From Macrostomum lignano (lineage: Eukaryota): DNA of 64,000 bases. Positions 49,783 to 62,165 of this stretch are shown here, one piece after another. The DNA is taken from contig NIVC01002571.1 of the NCBI GenBank assembly GCA_002269645.1, positions 62,001-126,000 of the forward strand, in the 5' to 3' direction. A program made the position numbers and the translations under genes. Within the stretch, counting starts at the first letter, position 1; the number at the start of each line of letters is the position of its first letter. The notes below the pieces were generated by a model, which was not told the DNA's origin, searched no databases, and saw only the letters and a program-made list of their open reading frames with translations.

Positions 49783-51508
49783 AACAACAACAACAACAGA
49801 GTACGCTGTCAGTTCGCAAAAGCAGCGTCAGATGGCTCGCTTCGAAGCTTGGGCGCGAACAAAGGCCGCACCGCCGGCAGAGTCCGGGGCGCCGGCGTCA
49901 GCCAGCAGACAGTCGACGTAGCGCCGAGTCCTCGCCTGTCCCCGCCGGTAGGGTGCCTGCAACGTAAGTAGCAGCACCTCCTGCACCGGCTCCGGACAGT
50001 AGGCCTCGGCGCGGATGACGTGGCCTGCCAGATGGAGTCGCCGACGGCGCAGCAGATCGCTAAGACGGGCCAGGCCGGCGCGATGATAGAGCGCCGTGTT
50101 GGGGACTCGCTCATTGCCGATCTTGAAGGCGGCGCGCAGCAGGCCAGCGTGCGCCGCGTCAACTTGAGCCTCGAGCGAGTCTGTCAGCGTCCAGGTCTCG
50201 GCGTTGTATAACAGGACGGTCTCGATCACCGCCTGGAACAGCGCCGCCCTCTGGCGGTCCGGTAGGGCCTCGGACTGCAGGACTGACCTTATAGAACGAA
50301 AGGCAGCCCAGGCAAGTCCTCGGCGACGCCGCAGATCCTCGCGGACGTCGGGAACCAGACCGCCGAGGTAGACGAACTGCTGACATCTCGGAAGCTCACT
50401 CGCCTGTCCGTCAGCGCCTCGGCAGAAGATTGCAGCCTCGGTGTCGTCCGGCACGCATAGCACGACGGTCTTCTGCGTGTTGACCACCAGGCCGACGCTC
50501 GCCGCAACGGCAACCAGCCTATCCAGCTGTCGTTGGGCGCCCTCGACGGTCGAGGACAGCAGGGCGAGGTCATCGGCGTAGCCAAGCACGCTGAGCCGTC
50601 TCTCCGGTTGGCGTCGACCCACGCGTCGCCGCAGCAGGAAGCCGTCGTCGTTGGAAGGCAGAGCAGTCCGTAGCACCCAGTCAAGCACCAGAATAAATAG
50701 GAACGGCGCTAGCGTATCTCCCTGGAGCACCCCGGAGGATGTCTCGAAGAAATCCGATAGGCCGTCCGGTGTTGAGACAGCAGCCGTCGTGCCGTGGTAC
50801 AGCGCCATGACAGCAGAAATCAGCAGCTCTGGCACGTTGTACGCACGGAGCACCTCTGGGAGCGCGTCCCTCACGACCGAGTCGAAGGCCTTCCTGAAAT
50901 CGACGAAGATTAGGATCAGGGTCAACTGGCGGATGCGCGCCTCCTCGATGACTCGCCGAAGAGCCAGGATCTGCGTCACTGTGCCGCGATGGGGCCGGAA
51001 ACCGTTTTGCTCAGGCCGCAGGTACGGGTCCAGCACAGGCTGTAACCGCGATAGCAGCATGCGGTTGAACAGCTTCGCGGCGCAGGACTGTAGGCAGATG
51101 CCTCGATGCTCCTCGAGCTTGGTGGCGAAAGCGGCGCATCGCGCTCAACCTGGCAGGCGACACTCCGGATGAGCGCAGGAACGAGCTGCGCGAGTTCTTC
51201 GCCGCCATTGTCAACGCGCCGCCCCTCCGCTTCCAGAAAATCTGAGGCTGCCGCCGGAGACGCCGTTGCCGGTGGAGGAGAGCTTCAACGTTGCCCCAGT
51301 CAGCACAGCCGACGTTGTGAAGTTCGCTCGGCAGTCGCCGGGCGGCAAAGCGCTTGGTCCGGACGAGGTGCCCACCGAGGCGCTGCGGATCCACTGCGTG
51401 GCCACTGAGGTCGCCAGAGTGATGAACCGCGTGCTTTCCGGTGAGGTGGCGCCAAACGAATGGACCACGGCGCACATCGTCGCCATTCCAAAGAAGCCGG
51501 GCACCACC
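49783..51508 (-). mobile_element. 5'-truncated, 5'-inverted non-LTR retrotransposon (RTE-like clade)
   Basis: (TTG)n tail at ~49783-49798 and a short 3' UTR. The RT C-terminal part lies on the minus strand at 51125-49828; the upstream RT part lies on the plus strand at ~51126-51508. Confidence 0.9.
49828..51125 (-). pseudogene. Reverse transcriptase, C-terminal ~430 codons of the LINE ORF (open but 5'-truncated)
   Basis: EQNGFRPHRGT, FVDFRKAFDSV, GVLQGDTLAPFLF, LGYADDLAL, FVYLGG, LLYNAETWTLT. Confidence 0.9.
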
Positions 51509-52069
51509 ATCACACAGCTCACACCTGTATCACCCAGCTCACACCTGTATCATCACTAGCTGTGGCCCAACAAGCACCGCAGTCTATAGCACAGATTCCA
51601 GATCATATACACGTATATCTTTCACCAGCTTTCTTCAAAAAAGCAAAAAACGCAGAGATTAGCTTGAAGTTGCTCAGTATGGACAAAATATTTTTGCGGC
51701 AAATATTTATTGTTCGTGCGGCAGAGTAACCCTTGCATGAAAAGATCAGAGAGCTTAACTTTAGAGATTTATAGAAAAACATCAGTTCGGTCTAAACACA
51801 GTCTAACATTACAAAGCAGACATGGAAATATATGGGAGATCTCGTGTAACCAATGGACTCGCAAACTCTGCTGCGTGTAGAGGGTAATAACAACAAGTAA
51901 ATAATTGGTTTTAAGCATGTACGAGTGTGTAAATATTTTCATAAATATAGGCAAAAAGTGCTTGAGAACTCAGCACTCCCAAATTGTCAGCTGCTATCCA
52001 TGAGGAACACTCTGTTATTGGGCTAGCATTGTACTACTGGAAGTAGTAATAAGTCTACTAGCTCCAGTG

Positions 52070-53150
52070 CTACTGTCACCCACACATCGCAGGCTCCAGT
52101 GCTACTGTCACCCACACATCACAGGCTCCAGTGCTACTGTCACCCACACATCACAGGCTCCAGTGCTACTGTCACCCACAGATCACAGGCTCCAGTGCTA
52201 CTGTCACCCACACATCGCAGGCTCCAGTGCTACTGTCACCCACACATCACAGGCTCCAGTGCTACTGTCACCCACACATCACAGGCTCCAGTGCTACTGT
52301 CACCCACAGATCACAGGCTCCAGTGCTACTGTCACCCACAGATCACAGGCTCCAGTGCTACTGTCACCCACACATCGCAGGCTCCAGTGCTACTGTCACC
52401 CACAGATCACAGGCTCCAGTGCTACTGTCACCCACACATCGCAGGCTCCAGTGCTACTGTCACCCACAGATCACAGGCTCCAGTGCTACTGTCACCCACA
52501 CATCACAGGCTCCAGTGCTACTGTCACCCACAGATCACAGGCTCCAGTGCTACTGTCACCCACAGATCACAGGCTCCAGTGCTACTGTCACCCACACATC
52601 ACAGGCTCCAGTGCTACTGTCACCCACAGATCACAGGCTCCAGTGCTACTGTCACCCACACATCACAGGCTCCAGTGCTACTGTCACCCACAGATCACAG
52701 GCTCCAGTGCTACTGTCACCCACACATCACAGGCTCCAGTGGTACTGTCACCCACAGATCACAGGCTCCAGTCCTACTGTCACCCACAGATCGCAGGCTC
52801 CAGTGCTACCAGGTACTGTCACCCACACATCACAGGCTCCAGTGTCACCCACACATCGCAGGCTCCAGTGCTACTGTCACCCACACATCACAGGCTCCAG
52901 TGCCACCCACACATCACAAGCTCCAGTGTCACCCACACATCACAGGCTCCAGTGTCACCCACACATCACAGGCTCCAGTGTCACCCACACATCACAGGCT
53001 CCAGTGTCACCCACACATCACAAGCTCCAGTGTCACCCACACATCACAGGCTCCAGTGTCACCCACACATCACAAGCTCCAGTGTCACCCACACATCACA
53101 GGCTCCAGTGTCACCCACACATCACAGGCTCCAGTGCTACTGTCACCCAC
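52070..53150. repeat. 32-bp minisatellite (GCTCCAGTGCTACTGTCACCCACACATCACAG)n switching to a 26-bp deletion variant at the right end
   Basis: Directly visible; the switch occurs at about 52810-52920. Confidence 0.95.
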
Positions 53151-53877
53151 TGATTGCAGGCTCTAGAACCAGAACATGCAGTTGAAATGTAAATACAAAA
53201 TGACCGACGCTCTCTACAAAGAAGCTGCGATTTTCGAATAGAATGAGGAGCATAGCACATTATTAGACAGAGAGGCAGCTACAAACCTTCAATAGGATTT
53301 GACGCCATTGCTATGAGCTCACAGAAATTCAAAGTAAAAATTAATACCAGCTAGTTTATATGGTTATCGAGGAGAAAACGACTGTCTATGGCCAATCGAA
53401 CGCGCTTCGACGGCTACGTAACTTAAATTTGGTGCTTGCGTTTTGTTTCTTGTTATGACGCGATTCATAAGAGCAAAAGTGCAAAACTATTAAGCCAAAG
53501 AAGGCATTGGCAGGAATATTGCATCGCGAGAGAGAGACCCAAGCGACTGGGAGTGGCGATGTTTGGTCCGTCTTCACACCTTCCCAATCCAAGTCGGGCC
53601 TGAGTGAAGAGGCCAAGCGGCCAAGTGCGTTCGATTTTCTTGCGTCCCCCCACCCATCTAAACTGTCCAGAATGGAGAAGTGATCGCAGGTGGCTGGGGC
53701 ACGCATCTGGGCGTGAAGTTTTGCAAGAAAGATTCCCTACTAGCTGGGAAGAGGTTTTCACCCACAGTCAACACCTGTCCAGACGAAAGACAGCTTTCTG
53801 TGTTCCGTATTATAAGATCTCTGCATCCATGGTACAAACCTTGTTGCCATGCGTGCGATCTGATCACACGCACAAAT

Positions 53878-54320
53878 CTCTCCCTCTTTCTCTCTCTCTC
53901 TTTTTCGCTCTCTCTCTCTCTCTCCCCCTCTCTCCCTCTCTCTCCCTCTCTCTCCCTCTCTCTCCCTCTCTCTCTCCCCCTCTCTCTCTCCCTCTCTCTC
54001 CCTCTTTCTCTTTCTCTCCTTTTCTCTCTCCCTCTTTCTCTCTCCCTCTTTCTCTCTCCCTCTTTCTCTCTCTCCCTCTCTCTCCCTCTCTCTCTTCCTC
54101 TCTCTCCCTCTCTCTCCCTCTTTTTCTCTCTCCCTCTGTCTCTCCCTCTCTCTCTCCCTCTCTCTCTTCCTCTTTCTCTCTTTCTCTTTCCCTTTCTCTC
54201 TCTCTCCCCTCTCTCTCCCTCACTCTCTCCCTCTTTCTCTCCCCCTCTCTCTCTTCCTCTTTCCCCCTCTTTCTCTCTCCTTTTCTCTTTCTTTATTTCT
54301 GTCTGTCTGTCTCTCTCTCT
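53878..54320. repeat. CT-rich microsatellite in the stomatin 3' region
   Basis: Directly visible. Confidence 0.92.
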
Positions 54321-54398
54321 CGGGACCAGCAATCTTCCTGCACGCCCTCCTCCCTAACCAAAGCAAACTAGCAATGCTTAGCTATCGCGTCAAAGACT

Positions 54399-57300
54399 TC
54401 ACAGCCGCGGCCTGTGCATGAAGTTGGACAGAATCTCAATCGGCAGAGGGAATATGATGGTGGAATTCTTCTCGGCCGAGATCGTATTGAGAGTCTGCAG
54501 GTAGCGCAGCTGCAGCGCGAACGGCGACTCGTTGAGGACGTCGGCGGCCTCCTTCAGGGCGCGGGAGGCCTTCTGCTCGCCCTCAGCTGCGATCACCTGC
54601 GGAGTTGCGGCAGGTGTTGTTTGGGCACAGATTAGGGAATGGGCGATGGTGCTGATGGGAGCTTTGGGGGGTTGGGTAAAACTGGATGGGAAGGTGACTG
54701 AGGGAGCTTGGAATCGCAAGAGTCAGAGGGTGATAGAGCGGGAAACAGAGGGTGATAGAGCGGGAATCAGAGAGTGATAGAGCGGGAATCAGAGAGTGAT
54801 AGAGCGGGAATCAGAGAGTGATAGAGCGGGAATCAGAGAGTGATAGAGCGGGAATCAGAGAGTGATAGAGCGGGAATCAGAGAGTGATAGAGCGGGAATC
54901 AGAGAGGGATAGAGCGGGAATCAGAGTGTGATAGAGCGGGAATCAGAGAGTGATAGAGCGGGAATCAGAGAGGGATAGAGCGGGAATCAGAGTGTGATAG
55001 AGCGGGAATCAGAGTGTGATAGAGAGGGAATCAAAGAGTGATAGAAGTAATCAGAGAGTGATAGAGAGGGAATCAGAGTGTGATAGAGAGGGAATCAGAG
55101 AGTGATAGAAGTAATCAGAGAGTGATAGAGAGGGAATCAGAGAGTGATAGAGTGGGAATCAGAGAGTGATAGAGAGGGAATCAGAGAGTGATAGAGATGG
55201 AATCAGAGAGTGATAGAGAGGGAATCAGAGAGTGATAGAGAGGGAATCAGAGAGTGATAGAGAGGGAATCAGAGAGTGATAGAAAGGGAATCAGAGAGTG
55301 ATAGAGCGGGAATCAGAGAGTGATAGAGCGGGAATCAGAGAGTGATAGAGAGGGAATCAGAGAGTGATAGAGAGGGAATCAGAGAGTGATAGAGCGGGAA
55401 TCAGAGAGTGATAGAGCGGGAATCACAGAGTGATAGAGAGGGAATCAGAGAGTGATAGAGAGGGAATCAGAGAGTGATAGAGAGGGAATCAGAGAGTGAT
55501 AGAGCGGGAATCAGAGAGTGATAGAGCGGGAATCACAGAGTGATAGAGAGGGAATCAGAGAGTGATAGAGAGGGAATCAGAGAGTGATAGAGAGGGAATC
55601 AGAGAGTGATAGAAAGGGAATCAGAGAGTGATAGAGAGGGAATCAGAGAGTGATAGAGCGGGAATCACAGAGTTACAGATTGGGAAAGTGAGTCAACAGA
55701 ACAGTTGAAGGGATGTTTCTGTCAAAATGGACTAACTGCCGACATCCTGCACAGTGTTCATTGAATTCTAGCCAAACAATTCCATTTTGTTTAAACAAGC
55801 CGAAGTCGGCCTCCCTATTCACACATATTTGCCAAGTGCTGCTAGCTTGACAGCACTGCTGTCACTGCAGGAGAATTGAGCGCCAGACAGAAGCAGAGTG
55901 GCAGGAGATGTATTGAGGCCAAGAGGGGGAAGGTACTGACAACCGTCCTGTCAATCTACAAGAATGCGCGCTCATACCGAGACTTCGTGCAAGGAAGTTT
56001 CCCACTCAGCCTTAGAAATTGATCAGCTTGGAACAGGAGAGGTTGGGGGAGAGAAACGGCGACTACTCAAGACGAGGAAGCGAGAACAAGAGTGAAGAGT
56101 TGGGAGTCTGTCTACTCCCCGCATGGAATGAACACTATTTCCCATATCCTTCTCCCCCCCTCTCTCTCTCTCTCCTGATAGGAGGAAAGGAGCTGCAATG
56201 TTCCATTTCAGCAGTTTTAGCATTAAGCATCTTGCAACCCCGACGACAGCTGTAAGCAAAGGGTCGGTCGTACAGTGCTCTACTTGACACAGAATGAGAG
56301 ACTCTGTGCAACCCAAAGCTTGCTAAATCTTCTGTTGGCTTTCCAATAGGCAACTGACCTTGGCTCTGGCCTCTCTGGCAGCCTCGGCTTCAGCCGCCAT
56401 GGCTCGCTGAAGCTGCACCGGAAGTCGGACGTCCTTGCTGTAAAACACGGTGGTTCATGGGGGCTTTTAGACTGAGCGAAGGTGAGGATAAGAGAGGAGA
56501 TGAAGCTTTGATTGGTCAGCAAAGGTGAGAATAAGAGAGGAGATGAAGCTTTGATTGGTCAGCAAAGGTGAGAATAAGAGAGGAGATGAAGCTTTGATTG
56601 GTCAGCGAAGGTGAGAAGAGGAGAGGAGATGAAGCTTTGATTGGTCAGCAAAGGTGAGAATAAGAGAGGAGATGAAGCTTTGATTGGTCAGCAAAGGTGA
56701 GGATAAGAGAGGAGATGAAGCTGTGATTGGTCAACGAAGGTGAGGATAAGAGAGGAGATGAAGCTGTGATTGGTCAACGAAGATGAGGAGAGGATGAGAT
56801 GAAGCTGTGATTGGTCAGCGAAGGTGAGAAGAGGAGAGGAGATGAAGCTGTGATTGGTCAGCGAAGGTGAGAAGAGGAGAGGAGATGAAGCTGTGATTGG
56901 TCAGCGAAGGTGAGGATAAGAGAGGAGATGAAGCTGTGATTGGTCAGCAAAGGTGAGGATAAGAGAGGAGATGAAGCTGTGATTGGTCAGCAAAGGTGAG
57001 AAGAGGAGAGGAGATGAAGCTTTGATTGGTCAGCAAAGGTGAGAATAAGAGAGGAGATGAAGCTGTGATTGGTCAGCAAAGGTGAGGATAAGAGAGGAGA
57101 TGAAGCTTTGATTGGTCAGCAAAGGTGAGGATAAGAGAGGAGATGAAGCTGTGATTGGTCAGCAAAGGTGAGGATAAGAGAGGAGATGAAGCTTTGATTG
57201 GTCAGCAAAGGTGAGGATAAGAGAGGAGATGAAGCTGTGATTGGTCAACGAAGATGAGGAGAGGATGAGATGAAGCTGTGATTGGTCAGCGAAGGTGAGG

Positions 57301-60300
57301 ATAAGAGAGGAGATGAAGCTGTGATTGGTCAGCGAAGGTGAGGATAAGAGAGGAGATGAAGCTGTTATTGGTCAGCGAAGGTGAGAAGAGGAGAGGAGAT
57401 GAAGCTGTGATTGGTCAGCGAAGGTGAGGATAAGAGAGGAGATGAAGCTGTTATTGGTCAGCGAAGGTGAGAAGAGGAGAGGAGATGAAGCTGTGATTGG
57501 TCAGCGAAGGTGAGGATAAGAGAGGAGATGAAGCTGTGATTGGTCAGCGAAAGTGAGGATAAGAGAGGAGATGAAGCTGTGATTGGTCAGCGAAGGTGAG
57601 GAGAGGAGAGGAGATGAAGCTGTGATTGGTCAGCGAAGGTGAGAAGAGGAGAGGAGATGAAGCTGTGATTGGTCAGCGAAGGTGAGGATAAGAGAGGAGA
57701 TGAAGCTGTGATTGGTCAGCGAAGGTGAGGACAGGAGAGGAGATGAAGCTGTGATTGGTCAGCGAAGGTGAGGATAAGAGAGGAGATGAAGCTGTGATTG
57801 GTCAGCGAAGGTGAGGATAAGAGAGGAGATGAAGCTGTGATTGGTCAGCGAAGGTGAGGATAAGAGAGGAGATGAAGCTGTGATTGGTCAGCGAAGGTGA
57901 GAAGAGGAGAGGAGATGAAGCTGTGATTGGTCAGCGAAGGTGAGGAGAGGAGAGGAGATGAAGCTGTGATTGGTCAGCGAAGGTGACGAGAGGAGAGGAG
58001 ATGAAGCTGTGATTGGTCAGCGAAGGTGAGGATAAGAGAGGAGATGAAGCTGTTATTGGTCAGCGAAGGTGAGGATAAGAGAGGAGATGAAGCTGTGATT
58101 GGTCAGCGAAGGTGAGGAGAGGAGAGGAGATGAAGCTGTGATTGGTCAGCGAAGGTGAGGAGAGGAGAGAAGATGAAGGTGTGATTGGTCAGCGAAGGTG
58201 AGGATCGCAAGTTAGAAGCAGAACGGCTGCATCACTTACACTTCAACGCGCTCCACCTTGACACCCCACGGGTGCGTCGCTTCGTCCAGTGTCTCCTGAA
58301 ACATTTCGAATTATTAGAATTTTAATAACATTTTCCCTTTTCTCTCTGCGCCAATACTGTCGCTTAAAATTCCCAACGGAGCTGGGTCTCCGCATCAATG
58401 GGCAAGCGGTGAAACGCATTTGCAGACTTTTTTGGCAGCTGTAAGCTGCTCCCTTTAATTTCCTCTTTTTGCGTGTTGCCGCTGCGTCAGAGGCGCAAAA
58501 GTGCATAAAAATGGGCAGATGGGTCTCCCCAGCGTTGCCTCCGCCCCCAGCCTCCTACAGCCTCCCCAGCCCCATGAGAATAATTGCGGGGATCGCTGGC
58601 AGGGTGAGCGGATGCGCTATCCGCAGCAATTCTGTAGCCGCTTAAACTGCACCGCTTCAACTTGCAACGAATTTTAGCTCGCTTGCTTTAATCCACGAAT
58701 TTTAGCTAGCTCGCTTTAATCCATTTGCGAGCTCAAATATGCTTCATCACAGCGCCACGCCCGTCCACAGAGGCTTGTCTCTTCTGGGTTGAACTATTCA
58801 AACAACTTGTTGCAACTTTTTTGTGTTGAACTCTTCGCAAGAGAGAGGCCTGCAGGCTGGCTATGGAACCGATGGATTTCAGGAAACGAGTCCGGTGTAG
58901 GATTAGAGAAACGTTAATCCTGTCTGCTGCATTGCCTGTTCAACTACCGGTAACGCTTGCCCTTGGCTCCCCTAGTGAGTTTAGTCGTATCACCAATGCT
59001 TTTAGTATGCTCGGAAGAAATCGGTGCCTTCTCGCAACCGTCTGCGGGTTGTTGCGCACCGCTGGAATTTCAGCGTCTCTACCAACAATTTTCAGTTGCT
59101 TTTCCAGAGCTCGGCTGGTAGTCGAAATCTGATAACCGACTGGAACTGTTCCTTCAACTGCTGCTGCATTTTTGGCAACGTCAACAAAAGCTTCGTCTCA
59201 ACTGCATCGAGTAGCAGTTGGACCTGACGCTCTCGAGCAACTTGCCTTGGCGATTGCCACTCTTTCGCAGGCAATCTCTGCCGGCAGAGTTTCAACGCGC
59301 TGATGGATGCTGTAAACCATATTTTCTTTTTTTTACATTCAGCAACCTTGAAATGTCCTTTGGATGTTCACCTCTGTCGAGTGCTTCGATCACAGGCCAA
59401 TGGCATTCGTTCGACAGCCTAGCACATGGTCCACAATTCTGGAGCTGATCATGTTCCTCCGCTGCAGTTGCAAATGAAGCTATGGACCAAATTGATGCTT
59501 GTTGGACCAAATGAAATTCTGCTGTGGCAGCCTTGCTACCATAGACAAAAGCTCCACTACATTGGCAAACGTATCTTGAATTAAATTCAATGCGCATAAG
59601 CCCAAATGGGCTGCAAGCAGCTATATTACCGGCCTATCGCACATTTCTAAGAAAATCGAGTGCAGCCTCCTTGTACTTTAGTTGTCCATGCACCCTGACA
59701 TCATCCCGCAACCAGCGCTGAGGAAATTCTGCCCATTCCACTGACTCCTGGGCACATGCATGTACAACTGCGCCCATAATGTACGCAGGCGCGCACTCAT
59801 ACACACAGCTCACACTGGGTGTACAGCGGCCCTGACTTTCTAATCGTCAGGCATGTACACTCTCTGTGCCCATCAGGCATGTACACTCTCTGTGCCCATC
59901 AGGCATGTACACTCTCTGTGCCCGTCAGGCATGTACACTCTCTGCGCCCGTCAGGCATGTACACTCTCTGTGCCCGTCAGGCATGTACACTCTCTGCGCC
60001 CGTCAGGCATGTACACTCTCTGCGCCCGTCAGGCATGTACACTCTCTGTGCCCGTCAGGCATGTACACTCTCTGCGCCCGTCAGGCATGTACACTCTCTG
60101 TGCCTTGTGGTGGTTGGCCCTCATGCGCTTAGGGCCCGACAGGCTTCAGTCCAATTTTTATTCACGAGCCCAAAATTAATGCAGCCTTTAATGGAGGGCT
60201 CACGACTTCAACTCACGACTGAGAGGTCGGGGGTTCGATTCTCGACCCTCTCATTGAGCAAGACACTTAACTCTGCATTGTTTCAGTTCACCCAGCTGTA

Positions 60301-60792
60301 AAATGGGTGCCAGCATTAGCTGGGGTAATTCAGGGTGTGTGTGGCGACCCCCCAGTCCTTGGACTGAACAGCCGTACGCAGCCTTCAGATGCGCCGCGCA
60401 AATAGCTGCGGCTGAGCTGTCGGTTGCACATCTGCCTATTAGGGCAGGTTTAATAAATTTTTAGTATCATTATTAAAATTTTATGGACGCTTTAGCGCGA
60501 GTCCAAAAAGTTACAGATGAGCCTCCCTGTCTCTCCGCTTCCCCAGTTTATTGCTTGCCCGTTGAGCCAAATGCCCCCCACACCGCACCTGCATCATGGC
60601 GCTGATGCTCTCTCTCTCGGACAGAATCTCGGACAGGTTCTTCGTGCCCAGCACGTTGCGCAGGGTGGTGGCGGCCAGCAGGCGGGTGGACCGGTCCGCG
60701 TCCTCTACGTTGGTCACGGCGATCACTGGGTTGTAGATGCGGTAGTACACGACTGCGTCCACTGCCACCGTCACCGAGTCCTTGGTGAGCAC
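54399..60792 (-). CDS. STOM: Stomatin / band-7 (SPFH) protein, 3' four exons (5' exons not found, probably beyond 64000)
   Basis: Exons 60792-60589, 58295-58240, 56437-56359 and 54596-54399; GT-AG, phases 0, 2, 0. [87 protein letters not shown]. Could equally be a mec-2/STOML3-type paralogue. Confidence 0.92.
54725..55672. repeat. 22-bp minisatellite (GGAATCAGAGAGTGATAGAGCG)n, stomatin intron
   Basis: Directly visible. Confidence 0.95.
56475..58203. repeat. 43-bp minisatellite (AAGGTGAGGATAAGAGAGGAGATGAAGCTGTGATTGGTCAGCG)n, stomatin intron
   Basis: About 40 copies. Confidence 0.95.
59700..60183 (-). mobile_element. Headless copy of SINE family A containing an internal 26-bp tandem expansion (59845-60105)
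   Basis: The reverse complement aligns by eye to 45155-45335 on both sides of the array. Confidence 0.7.
60181..60455 (+). mobile_element. tRNA-derived SINE (family B) with CORE-like domain
   Basis: B-box GGTTCGATTCT at 60232. TTGAGCAAGACACTTAACTCT...CAGTT...CTGTAAAATGGG (60254-60307) resembles the MIR/CORE consensus. Confidence 0.6.
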
Positions 60793-60854
60793 CTGCAATA
60801 CCCGGGATTGAGACCGTCTGTCTGCATGCCTGTCCGTGCTTGACTGACTGGCTG

Positions 60855-62165
60855 TCTTAGTGTCTGAGTCTTAGCATCTGAGTGTCTTAGTGTCTGAGTC
60901 TTAGTGTCTGAGTCTTAGTGTCTGAGTCTTAGTGTCTGAGTCTTAGTGTCTGAGTCTTAGTGTCCGAGTCTTAGTGTCTGAGTCTTAGTGTCTGAGTCTT
61001 AGTGTCCGAGTCTTAGTGTCCGAGTCTTAGCATCTGAGTGTCTTAGTGTCTGAGTCTTAGCGTCTGAGTCTTAGTGTCTGAGTCTTAGTGTCTTAATGTT
61101 CCAGTCTTAGTGTCCTAGTCTTAGTGTCTGAGTCTGAGTCTCTGAGTGTCATAGTGTCTGAGTCTTAGCGTCTGAGTCTTAGTGTCTGAGTCTTAGTGTC
61201 TGAGTGTCTTAGTGTCTGAGTCTTAGCGTCTGAGTCTTAGTGTCTGAGTCTTAGTGTCTTAATGTTCCAGTATTTGTGTCCGAGTCTTAGTGTCCGAGTC
61301 TTAGTGTCCGAGTCTTAGTGTCTGAGTCTTAGTGTCTTAGTGTTCCAGTCTTAGTGTCCGAGTCTTAGTGTCTGAGTCTTAGTGTCTTAGTGTTCCAGTC
61401 TTAGTGTCCGAGTCTTAGTGTCTGAGTCTTAGTGTCTGAATCTTAGTGTCCGAGTCATAGTGTCTGAGTCTTAGCGTCTGAGTGTCATAGTGTCTGAGTC
61501 TTAGCGTCTGAGTCTTAGTGTCTGAGTCTTAGTGTCTTAGTGTTCCAGTATTAGTGTCCGAGTCTTAGTGTCTGAATCTTAGTGTCCGAGTCTTAGTGTC
61601 TGAGTCTTAGCGTCTGAGTGTCATAGTGTCTGAGTCTTAGCGTCTGAGTCTTAGTGTCCGAGTCTTAGTGTCTGAGTCTTAGCGTCTGAGTGTCATAGTG
61701 TCTGAGTCTTAGCGTCTGAGTGTCATAGTGTCTGAGTCTTAGTGTCCGAGTCTTAGTGTCCGAGTCTTAGTGTCTGAGTCTTAGTGTCTTAGTGTTCCAG
61801 TCTTAGTGTCCGAGTCTTAGTGTCTGAGTCTTAGTGTCTTAGTGTTCCAGTCTTAGTGTCCGAGTCTTAGTGTCTGAGTCTTAGTGTCTGAATCTTAGTG
61901 TCCGAGTCATAGTGTCTGAGTCTTAGCGTCTGAGTGTCATAGTGTCTGAGTCTTAGCGTCTGAGTCTTAGTGTCTGAGTCTTAGTGTCTTAGTGTTCCAG
62001 TATTAGTGTCCGAGTCTTAGTGTCTGAATCTTAGTGTCCGAGTCTTAGTGTCTGAGTCTTAGTGTCTGAGTCTTAGTGTCTGATTCTTAGTGTCTGAGTC
62101 TTAGTGTCTGAGTCTTAGTGTCTGAGTCTTAGTGTCTGATTCTTAGTGTCTGATTCTTAGTGTCT
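60855..62165. repeat. 14-bp minisatellite (TCTGAGTCTTAGTG)n with recurring variant blocks, stomatin intron
   Basis: Directly visible. Confidence 0.95.

Noticed and set aside
59020-59600. Possible decayed transposase; VIEALDRGEHPKDISRLLNV on the minus strand looks HTH-like
   Set aside because: Only one short motif is present, with no catalytic residues, TIRs or continuous frame. It needs an HMM search.
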